NCBI GenBank assembly: GCA_965198115.1
Contig: OZ240241.1
Coordinates: forward strand, 2,400,001 to 2,464,000
DNA: 64,000 nucleotides
Reading direction: 5' to 3'
Source: Candidatus Latescibacterota bacterium
Lineage (GTDB): Bacteria; Latescibacterota; UBA2968
Part shown: positions 1 through 9,796 of the stretch, in pieces
Position numbering within the stretch: the stretch's first letter is position 1
How the letters are laid out: each line of letters starts with the position of its first letter
Program-made: the position numbers and the translations under genes
Notes under the pieces: model-generated
The model's database searches: none
The model's input: the letters and a program-made list of their open reading frames with translations, nothing else
What the model was told of the DNA's origin: nothing

Positions 1-12
1 CTCGGGTTCGTC

Positions 13-1527
13 GTGCTGTCACAGGTCCTCAGCCTGGCCGAGCTGTCGGCGTGTCGTAACGACGGGCTAGGCAACCTCTGCAGTGAGGACGGCGCCGTCG
101 GGCGCTACGTGCGCGAGCTGTGCGGCGATGGCTTTCGCCAGGACGGCCAAGGGAAGCAGGTCTCCGCTGGCGCCGCAGGAGGGCACGACGAGGCCTCGCT
201 GCCACTGGAAGGCGGGGTGGACACGCTGGATCGGGCCTACATCAACCTATCGGGGTGGAATGGCCGCAACGCCGACGGAGCTTCGCTCACGCGGGCCGGC
301 GGCGACTGGGAAGAGGTCCGCATCCGGCAGTGCCAGGGCCTGTTGGTGGTCATCGCCCTCACGGACTCCGCAGGTGGCAAGTGCCCGTTGGTCGTGGTCC
401 CATCCTCGCACAAGAGCGGGCTGCCCGCCCCGCCGCTTCGGTCCTCCAGCCCCTTCGCTGAGCGCCCGGCGCTGGCGGCGGGCGACGTGCTCCTGTGCGC
501 CGCCAGCACGCTGCACGGGATCTGCCCACAGGGTGCTGGCGGTGAGCTACTCGTGGTAAATTTCATCTCGCGCTCGGCTCGGCCACAGGTGCCACCTGAC
601 CCGCAGGACAAGCCGTCCCTGCCTGCGTGGGCGGAAGGGCTGGGCGAGGCCGAGCAAACCCTGCTGATGGGCGGCAACTCGCGTCGCGTGCTCCTATCGG
701 ACGGCATTGCCACCAGGCTTGCCCCTGCCGACGATCCGGACGTGGCGCAGAGGACCTCCTCCCCTCTCCAGTTCGGACGCCGAGACGACGCGGCCGAGCG
801 CTGGGCATTCGACACCCACGGCTACCTGTTGGTTGAGGGCGTCATGGACGACGATTGGATCGATGCGGCTGTGGCGGGCATCGATGCGAACCTCGATCGC
901 ATGGTGTACCGAGGCGTAGGCGAGCGCGACGGAGACGTGACCCTTGCTGACATCCCCGGCGCGCCGACGATTTCGGGCACGGGCCGGCCGGATCTGAAGG
1001 ACCTGTTTCAGCTACCCGCGCCGCACAATGCGCCTTTCCTCAAGATGCTGGCGCATCCGGCCGTTATCCAGCGCCTGAACTGGATGATTGGAGCAGGTTA
1101 CCGGGTAACCCAGAACACGGCCCTGTGCCACGTCAAAGGCTCGAGCGGGCAGATGCTGCACTCGGGGAACGCCAACCCGACCTGCATAGGCAAACACTAC
1201 GAGATGGTAAATGGGCGCGTGCACACGAAGTCGGGTATCAACGTCGCGTGGCAGCTCTCCGACGTCGGGCCTGACGATGGCGGGTTTGTCGTAGTGCCGG
1301 GCAGTCACAAATCTTGCTATCCTTTGCCGCACTCTGTGCGGACCTGTAACGAGCGCGCTCCGATCCGCCACGTTCCCATGCGTCGCGGGTCTGTTGTCTT
1401 CTTTTTAGGAGGGACGGTCTGTCACGGAGCGTACCGCTGGGAGGCCGACTCACCGAGGCGGACAGCGCTCTTCACGTACGGGCACGACGCCCGGCTCCCT
1501 TTTGCGTGGCCCTCGAGCAAACTGTGA
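13..1527 (+). CDS. Tandem-domain phytanoyl-CoA dioxygenase (PhyH)-family Fe(II)/2OG oxygenase; true start may lie before the window
   Basis: Two PhyH-like halves (VVPSSHKS…AGDVLL…LHG and FDTHGYL…LHSG…GGFVVVPGSHKS…CHG…RR); same architecture as 14834-16375. Confidence 0.8.
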   Translation: MLSQVLSLAELSACRNDGLGNLCSEDGAVGRYVRELCGDGFRQDGQGKQVSAGAAGGHDEASLPLEGGVDTLDRAYINLSGWNGRNADGASLTRAGGDWEEVRIRQCQGLLVVIALTDSAGGKCPLVVVPSSHKSGLPAPPLRSSSPFAERPALAAGDVLLCAASTLHGICPQGAGGELLVVNFISRSARPQVPPDPQDKPSLPAWAEGLGEAEQTLLMGGNSRRVLLSDGIATRLAPADDPDVAQRTSSPLQFGRRDDAAERWAFDTHGYLLVEGVMDDDWIDAAVAGIDANLDRMVYRGVGERDGDVTLADIPGAPTISGTGRPDLKDLFQLPAPHNAPFLKMLAHPAVIQRLNWMIGAGYRVTQNTALCHVKGSSGQMLHSGNANPTCIGKHYEMVNGRVHTKSGINVAWQLSDVGPDDGGFVVVPGSHKSCYPLPHSVRTCNERAPIRHVPMRRGSVVFFLGGTVCHGAYRWEADSPRRTALFTYGHDARLPFAWPSSKL

Positions 1528-1775
1528 GCTAACAAGAGTGCAGCGTGTCGGTGTGCCGAAAGGCCGATTGGGATAGGCAGACCGCGGTAATCGGATGCTC
1601 ACTCCGAACGCCCAAAATGACTGATACCGTACGGGTCGGTCACAAAAGCGTCTTTGAAGTTCATTTTATTCAGGTCAGACTGCGAGCCTGACCGACGGCC
1701 TTCGGTCCTCAGGAAATGGGATTAAATTGGATCTGTCTTTCATTGCAACTCCCCTCGGGGTCACCCTTTGACTAT

Positions 1776-1819
1776 GAAAAGGGCGCCCTGTCGACGACTT
1801 TCGACAGGGCGCCCTTTTC
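1776..1819. terminator. Bidirectional intrinsic terminator
   Basis: Perfect 19-bp stem GAAAAGGGCGCCCTGTCGA / TCGACAGGGCGCCCTTTTC with 6-nt loop, between convergent units. Confidence 0.8.
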
Positions 1820-1859
1820 GTTTACTGCCGTGAGACTCTGATAGGCGTGCGTAATCTGC

Positions 1860-2145
1860 TCAAACCAAAGGAGAGTCTACTAACCCCTGCTCCCCAGCTT
1901 TTCTGCTGTATTCCACCGGCACGCGCACCGAAAACGTGCTGCTTCTACCCAACTCACTCTCAACGCCAATTGACCCGCCCAGCAACTGGGCAAACTTCTT
2001 CGTGATCGAGTCCGAGACCCGTGCCTTTCCGCACGCTGCTCTCCGACCCTTCGGCCTGGCGGTATTCGTCAAAGATGGTGGGCAGCTCGGCGGCGGGGAT
2101 GCCCTTGCCGGTGTCCGCAGCGGCGAGGCCCCAGCTGGTCGTGTC
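1860..2145 (-). pseudogene. HK C-terminal (HATPase_c) remnant R1
   Basis: Encodes [28 protein letters not shown]…SITKKFAQLLGGSIGVESELGRSSTFSVRVPVEY with small indels; matches the 3' end of 18136-19587. Confidence 0.9.
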
Positions 2146-2190
2146 AGCAGGACTGAAGCGGACACGGGGCCATCGGGATGGTGCCGCACT

Positions 2191-3031
2191 CTATAGCTTC
2201 CCGAAGTTGAAAATCCCCCACGCCAGATGGCCATTCCACCCGCCATCAATCCAGTACTGGAGGCCCTTCTTCATGTTGGCCACGTAGTCAGACGTAACAT
2301 CGGCAGCCAGGTCGGCCTCGTGGGCTTCCGTTTCCTCCAGCACCCGCACGTAATGGTGAACGAGTTGGTCGGTCAGGTCCTCGAACAGGATCTGCTGCAT
2401 CCCCAGAACCTCGGCTGTCCTGCGGTAAAACGCTGGGGACCCCAGCGACGACAGGTGTATGCGGTCCAGAATCGGTTGTAGCACCCCATCCAGACAGTCC
2501 TCCGATTTCATCGGATCGGTGAATACGAACTCCCCACTCGATTTCAGGACGCGATGGACCTCCGACAGGACCTGCTCCCGGTCTCCGCTGTGCAGGATGG
2601 CATCCTGCGACCAGACGACATCCACGGACGCGTCCGGCAAGGGGATCTCCTCGAAGCTGCCGTCAACGACATCGATCAGGTTCGACAACCCCTGTTCCAC
2701 ATTCATCTTGCGGCCGCGTTCGTTCTCAACTTCGCTGAGATTCAGAGCCGTCACCTTGCATCCGAAGGTGCTGGACAGGTACCGGGCAGCCCCGCCGTAG
2801 CCAGCGCCGATGTCCAGAACACGCGTGGCCTTCGTTCGGCTCCGTGGAGAGCTTCGCCGCCATGCGCTCAACTGTGCGGCGGCTGGCTTCCCGAATGGAC
2901 TCGGCAGGGTCGACGTAGATGCCCACGTGGATGTCTTCGCCTCCCCAGATGCGATGGTAGAAAGCGTCGGCGTCCTCGCTGTTGTAGTAGTCACGAGCGA
3001 TTTTCACCGCGTGGTTAAACGTTGTTGTCAC
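2191..3031 (-). CDS. Sarcosine/dimethylglycine N-methyltransferase (glycine betaine synthesis), frameshifted near 2830-2850
   Basis: N-terminal YYNSEDADAFYHRIWGGEDIHVGIY and SAM motif VLDIGAGYGG, WSQDAILHSG, GHLAWG lie in two frames. Confidence 0.8.
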
Positions 3032-3033
3032 AC

Positions 3034-3165
3034 CTCAACCTTTCTCTGTATTCCTTCTCCGCTACGTGAATGAAGAAATCCGGCTCCTGGAAGTCACCGA
3101 AGGTATCGATCTTCCGAAACCCGACCTCGTGCAATCGTAGTAGGTGTACCTTGTGGAACCCACTT
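3034..3165 (-). pseudogene. 3' fragment of glycine/sarcosine N-methyltransferase
   Basis: EVGFRKIDTFGDFQEPDFFIHVAEKEY resembles the GSMT C-terminus and lies directly upstream of SDMT, the usual gene order. Confidence 0.65.
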
Positions 3166-3169
3166 TTAC

Positions 3170-4141
3170 CTATCGATAACTGAACATCACTTGGATGCAT
3201 TGCTCTGGATGCTGGTGAACGAGTTCGTAGGCCTCCGGCGCGCTGTCGAAGGGCAGGTTGTGGGTGATGAGGGAATCCAAGGGCATGTTCGGCAGCATTC
3301 TCAGCGTGCTCCTCACGCGCCGTTCGTAGGACCACCGGGAGGACAGGTGGAGGGGCACGCTGCCACCCTGGGCAACGCGGAGGTGGACACGCTTGTGGTG
3401 GAAATCCCGTGTCAGGTCGAGGGCGGACGCATCGGAGGAGTACCAGCTCAGGGGAACGATTGTGGATTGCGGGCGAATCGCCTTGAATGCGTCGTTCAGG
3501 GCTGGGATCGCCCCGCTGGTTTCGAGGACGACGTCGGCCAGCTCTCCGTCGTTGTGCGCGCGAACCTGCTCCTCGACGTCGACGTCAGTCGGATCCAGGG
3601 CGGCGTCGAGGCCCATCCGTAGGCCGGCCTCCCGCCGGAGGGCGATGGGATCGAAGCCGGTGACCGTGAACGCCCCAGCGCGTCGGACCAGGAAGGAGGC
3701 ACAGAGCCCGACGACACCCAGGCCGAAGACGACGGCGGTCTCACCGAGGGCGGTCTGAGACTCGAGCACCCCGTTGTAGGCCACGCCGGCAAGGGCGGTG
3801 AAGATGCCGTACCGGGGATCCAGCCCATGCGGAAGGCGGTAAACGGGCTCTTCCTCCGAAATGAGAAACTCGGTGGCGTGTGAGGCGTAATGAAAGATCC
3901 GGTCTCCCACCGTGGCTTTCGTGAACTCCGGGCCGATTTCCACGATTTCGCCTACGGCCGAATAGCCGCTACGCCGCGGGAACGAACCGGCGATGCGGCC
4001 GCTGTAGACGTTCATTTCGGTTCCGTGACTGATCCCCGAATACAGCGTCTGCACACGGGCCTGGCAGGAGCCGAGTGGCGGCGCCGGCTCGTCGTGGATC
4101 TCGACTTTCTCCGGGGCGATGATGTGAAGCACTCTGACCAT
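3170..4141 (-). CDS. Zn-dependent/MDR alcohol dehydrogenase-like oxidoreductase
   Basis: SGISHGTE, GYSAVG, Rossmann GLGVVG, ETSG. Confidence 0.85.
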   Translation of the reverse strand: MVRVLHIIAPEKVEIHDEPAPPLGSCQARVQTLYSGISHGTEMNVYSGRIAGSFPRRSGYSAVGEIVEIGPEFTKATVGDRIFHYASHATEFLISEEEPVYRLPHGLDPRYGIFTALAGVAYNGVLESQTALGETAVVFGLGVVGLCASFLVRRAGAFTVTGFDPIALRREAGLRMGLDAALDPTDVDVEEQVRAHNDGELADVVLETSGAIPALNDAFKAIRPQSTIVPLSWYSSDASALDLTRDFHHKRVHLRVAQGGSVPLHLSSRWSYERRVRSTLRMLPNMPLDSLITHNLPFDSAPEAYELVHQHPEQCIQVMFSYR

Positions 4142-4474
4142 GGTAGAGCGACTCCGGTTAGGACTGACGGCGCGTTGGGGGGCGAAAGCCCGAGGACTAC
4201 CCACGAGAGTATGAAAACCGCTATCGGATGAGTCGTTACCCGGACAAAATCTCGTACATCCAGACGGCCATTTGGCTGTTCAGCCACGGCGGGAAACACT
4301 ACCAGACGCTGATCTGGGCGTAGGAAGGTCGCTGGTACACGGAGGTGACGAGCGGGGTTGTATCTCTTACCGACTCGAAGCGGGACCGAACGTGTAATCA
4401 GTCAGCCGGGCGGCGGTGTCGGAATATGGCCCTCCGTTCAGGGTAATGTCAACGAGCTCTTACCGTTTCGCTGT

Positions 4475-4531
4475 TCAACTCTGGGCCTGATACTCCACCG
4501 GCACCCGCACCGTAAACGTGCTGCCCTGGCC
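4475..4531 (-). pseudogene. HK tail remnant R2
   Basis: Encodes [18 protein letters not shown]; begins 2 nt after the stop of 4533-4997. Confidence 0.9.
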
Positions 4532-4532
4532 G

Positions 4533-4997
4533 CTACTGCCCAGACGGCAGGTCCGAGTTGAAGATGTCCACCGAGATCAGCCACTCCCCGTCGGGCTGCC
4601 GGCGTCGAATCTCAATGTACTTGCCCGAATCCTTGATCGGCCCCGCTGGCACGATCGTCATCGTGTAGGTACCCAGCACATACGCCAGGTCGTCGCGGCC
4701 GTCTACCTGCACATTGTTTAAGGTGAAGTCTGTCACCGGAGGGAACTTCTCGACCCACGCCTGGATCGCTGCCCGTCCCTTGACCATCGGCGTGTTCGGC
4801 GGGAGGAGAATGGCATCATCGGTATAGAGCTTCGCTGCGGTCGCCCAGTCTTTGGCGAGAAAAGCCTTCACGAAGTTCTGGGACCCCTCGTCAATCGCGC
4901 TCACACTGGCCTGAGAAAGTGGAGCAACCTGCTCCTGGCAGGACAAGAGAGCGGCGAGCATCGCCACGAATCGCAGGGTTCTGATTACGGAACTCAT
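4533..4997 (-). CDS. SnoaL/NTF2-like (DUF4440) exported protein, probable lipoprotein
   Basis: Signal peptide ending LLSC; LYTDDAILLPP…GRAAI…GKYIEI…PDGEWLISVDIFNSD. Confidence 0.8.
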   Translation of the reverse strand: MSSVIRTLRFVAMLAALLSCQEQVAPLSQASVSAIDEGSQNFVKAFLAKDWATAAKLYTDDAILLPPNTPMVKGRAAIQAWVEKFPPVTDFTLNNVQVDGRDDLAYVLGTYTMTIVPAGPIKDSGKYIEIRRRQPDGEWLISVDIFNSDLPSGQ

Positions 4998-5242
4998 CTG
5001 GGCCTCCTACTGTAAGAGTAACGTGACCTCACTGGATGAATGAAGCACCACGAAGAGGCTACGGAAAACACGGACGAGGACGGAGGCAAGGGTGCTCTTA
5101 ACCTCAAACCTCGTTTTCCATCATTCCTCGATCGGCGTCAGGTTCCGACCGTTCGGACCCGACCAGATCGCATAGATTTCGAGTGAAATGGTTGTCGGCT
5201 GTGCCGAACAAGCGGCCTGTTCTGCCCACGTGAGGGCAGTCT

Positions 5243-5354
5243 TCAAGATTGGTACGCCACAGGCACCCGCACGGTAAACGTGCTGCCCTTGCCCACCTCG
5301 CTCTTCACGCCGATGGTCCCGCCCAGTAGCTCGGCGAATTTCTCGTGATACAGC
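5243..5354 (-). pseudogene. HK tail remnant R3
   Basis: Encodes [31 protein letters not shown]. Confidence 0.9.
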
Positions 5355-5373
5355 TGCTCAAAGTTCGGTGTAG

Positions 5374-6759
5374 TTAACCATCACGGCAGACCGGCTGCCT
5401 CCCAGGCGGCCAGCCCCCCACCAGGTCGGAGACCGAAAGCTCTTCCGACTCCAGGAGGCTCGCAGCAATCGAAGATCGGTATCCCGACTGGCAGTGCACG
5501 ACGATGGGGCCGTCACCCAGCTCGTCGATGCGTTCCCCAAGATGGGCAAGGGGGATGTTGACACTCCCTTTGATGCATCTCTCCTCCCACTCAGGCTGCG
5601 CGCGCACATCCACGATCGTCACAGAGTCACCCTCCTCGATCCGTTCGGCCAACGTCGCGGCTGCGATGCGCTCGATTCGACTCACCAGGTCGGGATGCGA
5701 TTCCAACGGCTGCATTCCGCCTTCCAGATAGCCGACTACGCGGTCGTAGCCGATGCGTCCCAGACGGAGCGCGCCCTCGGATTCGCGGCCCGGTTCTGCA
5801 ATCAACACGATTTCTTCCTCCGGCTTCAGCAGCGTCCCGCACCACGTGGCGTACTTGCCGTCGAGTGCGATGTTCAGACTTCCCTTCACGTGCGCTCCCG
5901 CGTACTCCGGCGGCTCCCGCACGTCGAGAACGCGCGCACCCTTCTTCATCAACCCGCGAAGCTCCTCGACACCCAGTCCTTTCAGCGACGTCTCGAGCGC
6001 CGTCTCCAGCGTCGCGTGCTCCCGCGAATTTAGGATCGCATCGTAGGTGAAGTAATCGGGCGCGTCCGGCTGCTCGGCATTCACGATGGCAATGAATGCC
6101 TCCTTCTCCATCGGCTGCAGCGCGTAGTTGTAGGTCCGCTGAACCCCGATCGTAGACACGGTGTCTTCGCTCATATTCTTCCCGCACAGCGACCCCGCGC
6201 CGTGAGCCGGATAAACGAGGGTTTCGGCGGGCAGTTTCATCAGCTTTCCGTGGAGCGATTCGTAGAGCAGTGCCCCCAGCTGTTCCGCCGTCCACCCAAG
6301 CGAGGCCCGCAGATCCGGTCGTCCCACGTCGCCGATGAACAGGGTGTCGCCCGTCAGGACTGCGTGAGGTTTCTCGCTGCTCTCGGCAAGGTCATAGACC
6401 ACGATGGAGATCGACTCGGGCGAGTGTCCCGGAGTTTCCAGGATTTCCAACCGAACGTTGCCGAACTCGAGGGCATCCCCGTCGCCTCCGGGCTCGAACG
6501 CGTACTCCGCTTCGGCCCGACGACCAAGATGGATGGTCGCCCCTGTCTTGTCCCTGAGCTCGAGATGCCCAGCCAGAAAATCAGCGTGAAGATGGCTCAG
6601 GAAGACGTGCCGGATTTCGAGCCCGGCCTCGCCGACATCCGAAAGGTACTGGTCGATATCGCGCTGGGGATCGACGATCACGGCCGTCTGTGTCTCCTCA
6701 TCCGCGATCAGGTAGGATGCGTGCGCCAGGCATCCGAGGTAGTACTGTTTCAGGATCAT
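5374..6759 (-). CDS. MBL-fold hydrolase with rhodanese domains (persulfide dioxygenase-sulfurtransferase type); probable frameshift near the 3' end
   Basis: SHLHADF, TPGHSPE, GDTLF…GRPDL, PAHGAGSLCG; rhodanese HCQSGYRS. Confidence 0.9.
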   Translation of the reverse strand: MILKQYYLGCLAHASYLIADEETQTAVIVDPQRDIDQYLSDVGEAGLEIRHVFLSHLHADFLAGHLELRDKTGATIHLGRRAEAEYAFEPGGDGDALEFGNVRLEILETPGHSPESISIVVYDLAESSEKPHAVLTGDTLFIGDVGRPDLRASLGWTAEQLGALLYESLHGKLMKLPAETLVYPAHGAGSLCGKNMSEDTVSTIGVQRTYNYALQPMEKEAFIAIVNAEQPDAPDYFTYDAILNSREHATLETALETSLKGLGVEELRGLMKKGARVLDVREPPEYAGAHVKGSLNIALDGKYATWCGTLLKPEEEIVLIAEPGRESEGALRLGRIGYDRVVGYLEGGMQPLESHPDLVSRIERIAAATLAERIEEGDSVTIVDVRAQPEWEERCIKGSVNIPLAHLGERIDELGDGPIVVHCQSGYRSSIAASLLESEELSVSDLVGGWPPGRQPVCRDG

Positions 6760-6916
6760 TTGGATGGACTCCAGTATATCGGGGTCATAAGAAACCAAGG
6801 GTTGGGCTACGTACTCAGAATGTCATAGGCCGCCAAATTCGGCCGATCTCACTTAATCCAGTGGTGAGAGAACAAAACGACCTCACGAGTTTACGGCATC
6901 AAGATGTGGGCTCCCC

Positions 6917-7074
6917 GATACTGGACCGGCACCCTCACCGTAAACGTGCTGCCCCTGCCCACCTCGCTCTCCACGCCGATGGTCCCGCCCAGCAGCTCCG
7001 CGAACTTCTTGGTGATGGACAGCCCCAACCCTGTGCCCTTCTGCACGCTGCTCTCCGACCCTTCGGCCTGACGG
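6917..7074 (-). pseudogene. HK tail remnant R4
   Basis: Encodes [52 protein letters not shown]. Confidence 0.92.
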
Positions 7075-7193
7075 CGATGGTGGGCACTCTTCTCTCCTCA
7101 AGCCAAACGATTGCTCTTCTATAGGGTTGGATACCACACTCCCGAGCTGTAGGCTGATCGAACTGCTGCTAAACTCAGCCTTCCGATGCCCGC

Positions 7194-8529
7194 TCAGTCT
7201 TCCGCGATGCAGTAGAGATAATCTCGCCCGCGCAGGAAGATTTCGTTTCCCGCGATGGCCGGCGAAGCCGAGAACTCATCGTCGAGCGTGTTTTGGCTCA
7301 GAACTTCATACTGATCGCCTCGCTTTTATTACGACCGTCGTCCCGTTCCTACCTGTGATGTAGACCCGGTCGTTCGCCCCGACGGGCGAAGCGTAGATCC
7401 CATCGATTCCACTCACTCTTTGGGGGCCGAAATACGGGGCGCCCGTCTTGGCGTTCAGACACGAAAGGATGCCGTCATTTCCTTTGAGGAAGTAGAGATA
7501 ATTACCGTAGAGAAGGGGTGAAGGAGTGTAAGGCGTGTCCCGATCGTACCGCCACAAAACGGCGTCAGAATCCGTGATGTCACCCTTTGCACTTGAAAGC
7601 TGAATGGCCAGGAGCATGTTTCCGCGAAAGCCGCTTGTGACATAGAGCCTGCCATCAGCGTAGACCGGTGTAGGTATCACATTGTGCGTCATGCCGCTGC
7701 ACTCCCAGATCATCTTGCCCGTCTCCAGATCGTAGCTTCGCACACGACCAGTCGCGCTCGTGATGATCTGACGACTTCCGTTTTCGTCCACAATCAGGGG
7801 AGTCGCCCACGATGTGATTTCATCCCGATCCACCTTCCAGTCCACCTTTCCCGTCTTCTTGTCAAGGGCAACAAGGAACGACTGCCTCTCGTGATCCCAA
7901 ATGACGACGATCTTGTCGTCGTAAATTGCGGGAGAGCTGCCTTCGCCGAACCCGAGCTTGATCGTCATATCTCCGAAATCGGTCTTCCACTTAAGACTTC
8001 CTTTGAAGTCGTAGCAGTACAGCCCCTGGGACCCGAAATAGGCGTAGACGTGCTCGCCGTCCGTGATCGGCGAGCCTGATGCCCAGCTCCCCGTAGGATG
8101 CCTACTCTCGTGGGGCATCGCCTCGTGCGCCGTCCGCTGCCAGTTTACTTTTCCGGTTCTTCGATCGATCGCAAAAATCTCGAACTTCTGAACGTATTGG
8201 GTACTCAAGGTCGGCGGGCCACGGCGACGGGCCCGAGGCCCTGGCGTCTGCCGATCGCCGACCACATCGGTTTTAAACGCTGAGAGGATAAAGACCTGAT
8301 CTCCCCAGATGATGGGCGAGGCGTGACCCCTTCCCGGAATTCCGACTTTCCAGCGGATGTTCCGGTTCTCACCCCATACCACAGGTGGATCGGCAGGAAA
8401 TGACGTGCCATTTGCAGATGGTCCACGCCATTGGCCCCAGTATGGATCAATGTTGGAAAGATCCTCGGCTCCGACCGCGGCGCAAGATCCTGCACACAGA
8501 CTCAGGACAACTGCTACAAAGCTTGTCAT
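7194..8529 (-). CDS. PQQ-like beta-propeller (BamB-family) exported protein; frameshift near 7320
   Basis: WGQWRGP, GHASPIIWGD, SSPAI, YASPV; the C-terminus FSASPAIAGNEIFLRG…LYCI continues in another frame. Confidence 0.85.
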
Positions 8530-8628
8530 CAGATTCGTTCTCCGTTTGGAACGGCGCGAACGGGAGAAGTCAGAAGACTGCCAGTGAATAGCAGGTAGGC
8601 AGTCACGACAGCGGCCAGTTGCAGAGAA

Positions 8629-8923
8629 TCACGTGGCGTCCGCGTATTCCACCGAAACCTTCACCGTAAACGTGCTGCCCCTGCCAACCTCGCTCTCCAC
8701 GCTGATGGTCCCGCCCAGCAGCTCTGCGAACTTCTTCGTGATGGACAGCCCAAGCCCTGTGCCTTTCTGGACGCTGCTCTCCGACCCTTCGGCCTGACGG
8801 TATTCGTCGAAGATGGTCGGCAGCTCGTTCTCGGGAATGCCTTTGCCGGTATCGCTGATGGCGATGACCAGCTGGCCGTCTTCGGTGGACGCGCTCACGG
8901 TCACGCTGCCGCTGTCCGTGAAC
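8629..8923 (-). pseudogene. HK tail remnant R5 (longest)
   Basis: FTDSGSVTVSAST…[72 protein letters not shown]. Confidence 0.95.
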
Positions 8924-9103
8924 CACCAGCCCGGCAGTCAGTTGCTTCAGCAGACCTTTCTCGCCCAGTAGGTCATCGGGACCGTCACAGTTCTTGATCA
9001 GCTCATCGAGGAGACGATCGACTTCAGCATTCCTGGCCATAGAACCTCCTGTTTCTTCACTATAGGATTCTATCACCAGTTACACGGTTAATCTTACACA
9101 CTC
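8924..9103 (-). mobile_element. IS256-family 5' remnant fused to HK tail R5
   Basis: Terminus GAGTGTGTAAGATTAACCGTGTAAC; peptide LLDELIKNCDGPDDLLGEKGLLKQLT is typical of an IS256 transposase N-terminus. Confidence 0.75.
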
Positions 9104-9378
9104 TGGCGCTGGCAGTACAATCACATCAGACCACACAGCTCATTGGGCTATCGCCCACCTGCACCTGAAGCGGTCACCAAACCGCTCACCGCAGCCATAT
9201 CCTAACTCTGGATGTGGACACATAGATGGGGGCAGGTCACTCTGGCGACAGCGCCCCGTGCACCACGACGTAGCCGTTTTCCTTGAAGTGATCGAGGTAT
9301 TCGTCCATCGCATATCGTGTTGCTGCCATATCGAGACTCTCTGTTGTTCGAGTTTGTGGAACACGTGTAGTGGCAGGT

Positions 9379-9418
9379 CATCGCAATCCAAGATGCGACC
9401 CGCTCTCCGCCCGAACAA
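9379..9418 (-). promoter_or_regulatory. Promoter-like TTGTTC-17-CATCTT followed by ATG, of the HK-promoter type
   Basis: Same -10 hexamer and spacing as 22571-22599; no long ORF follows. Confidence 0.45.
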
Positions 9419-9796
9419 GCACGAGCTTCCACCTACGCTGGAAGCTTCGGCGGACGGGCCGGCGGGCGTGGGTGGTGGAGGGGATTAATTCAAGTGAAAT
9501 TGGAAAATCAGAATGCAAACTGAGGGTCTGTCTGGGTCACGAGAATTCGAGAAGCGTACGGGAAGAACCCTGGTTATCCTTCCAATACGTTGGAGATCAT
9601 CCCGGAAGAGGCAATCCGGCTGGGGGGGATGCTGACAAAGTGGACGTCAGCACGATGGTCCAGACCGTGGATCGAAGCTCGGGCCACCGGTCGGTACGCG
9701 AAATCGCCGGACGGGTGTCGACTTCACTGGGGTGGTCGCTGGCACACGCGGTTTCTGCATTCGACATCAGCGCGCTGCAGATAGGACGGAGGTTAC

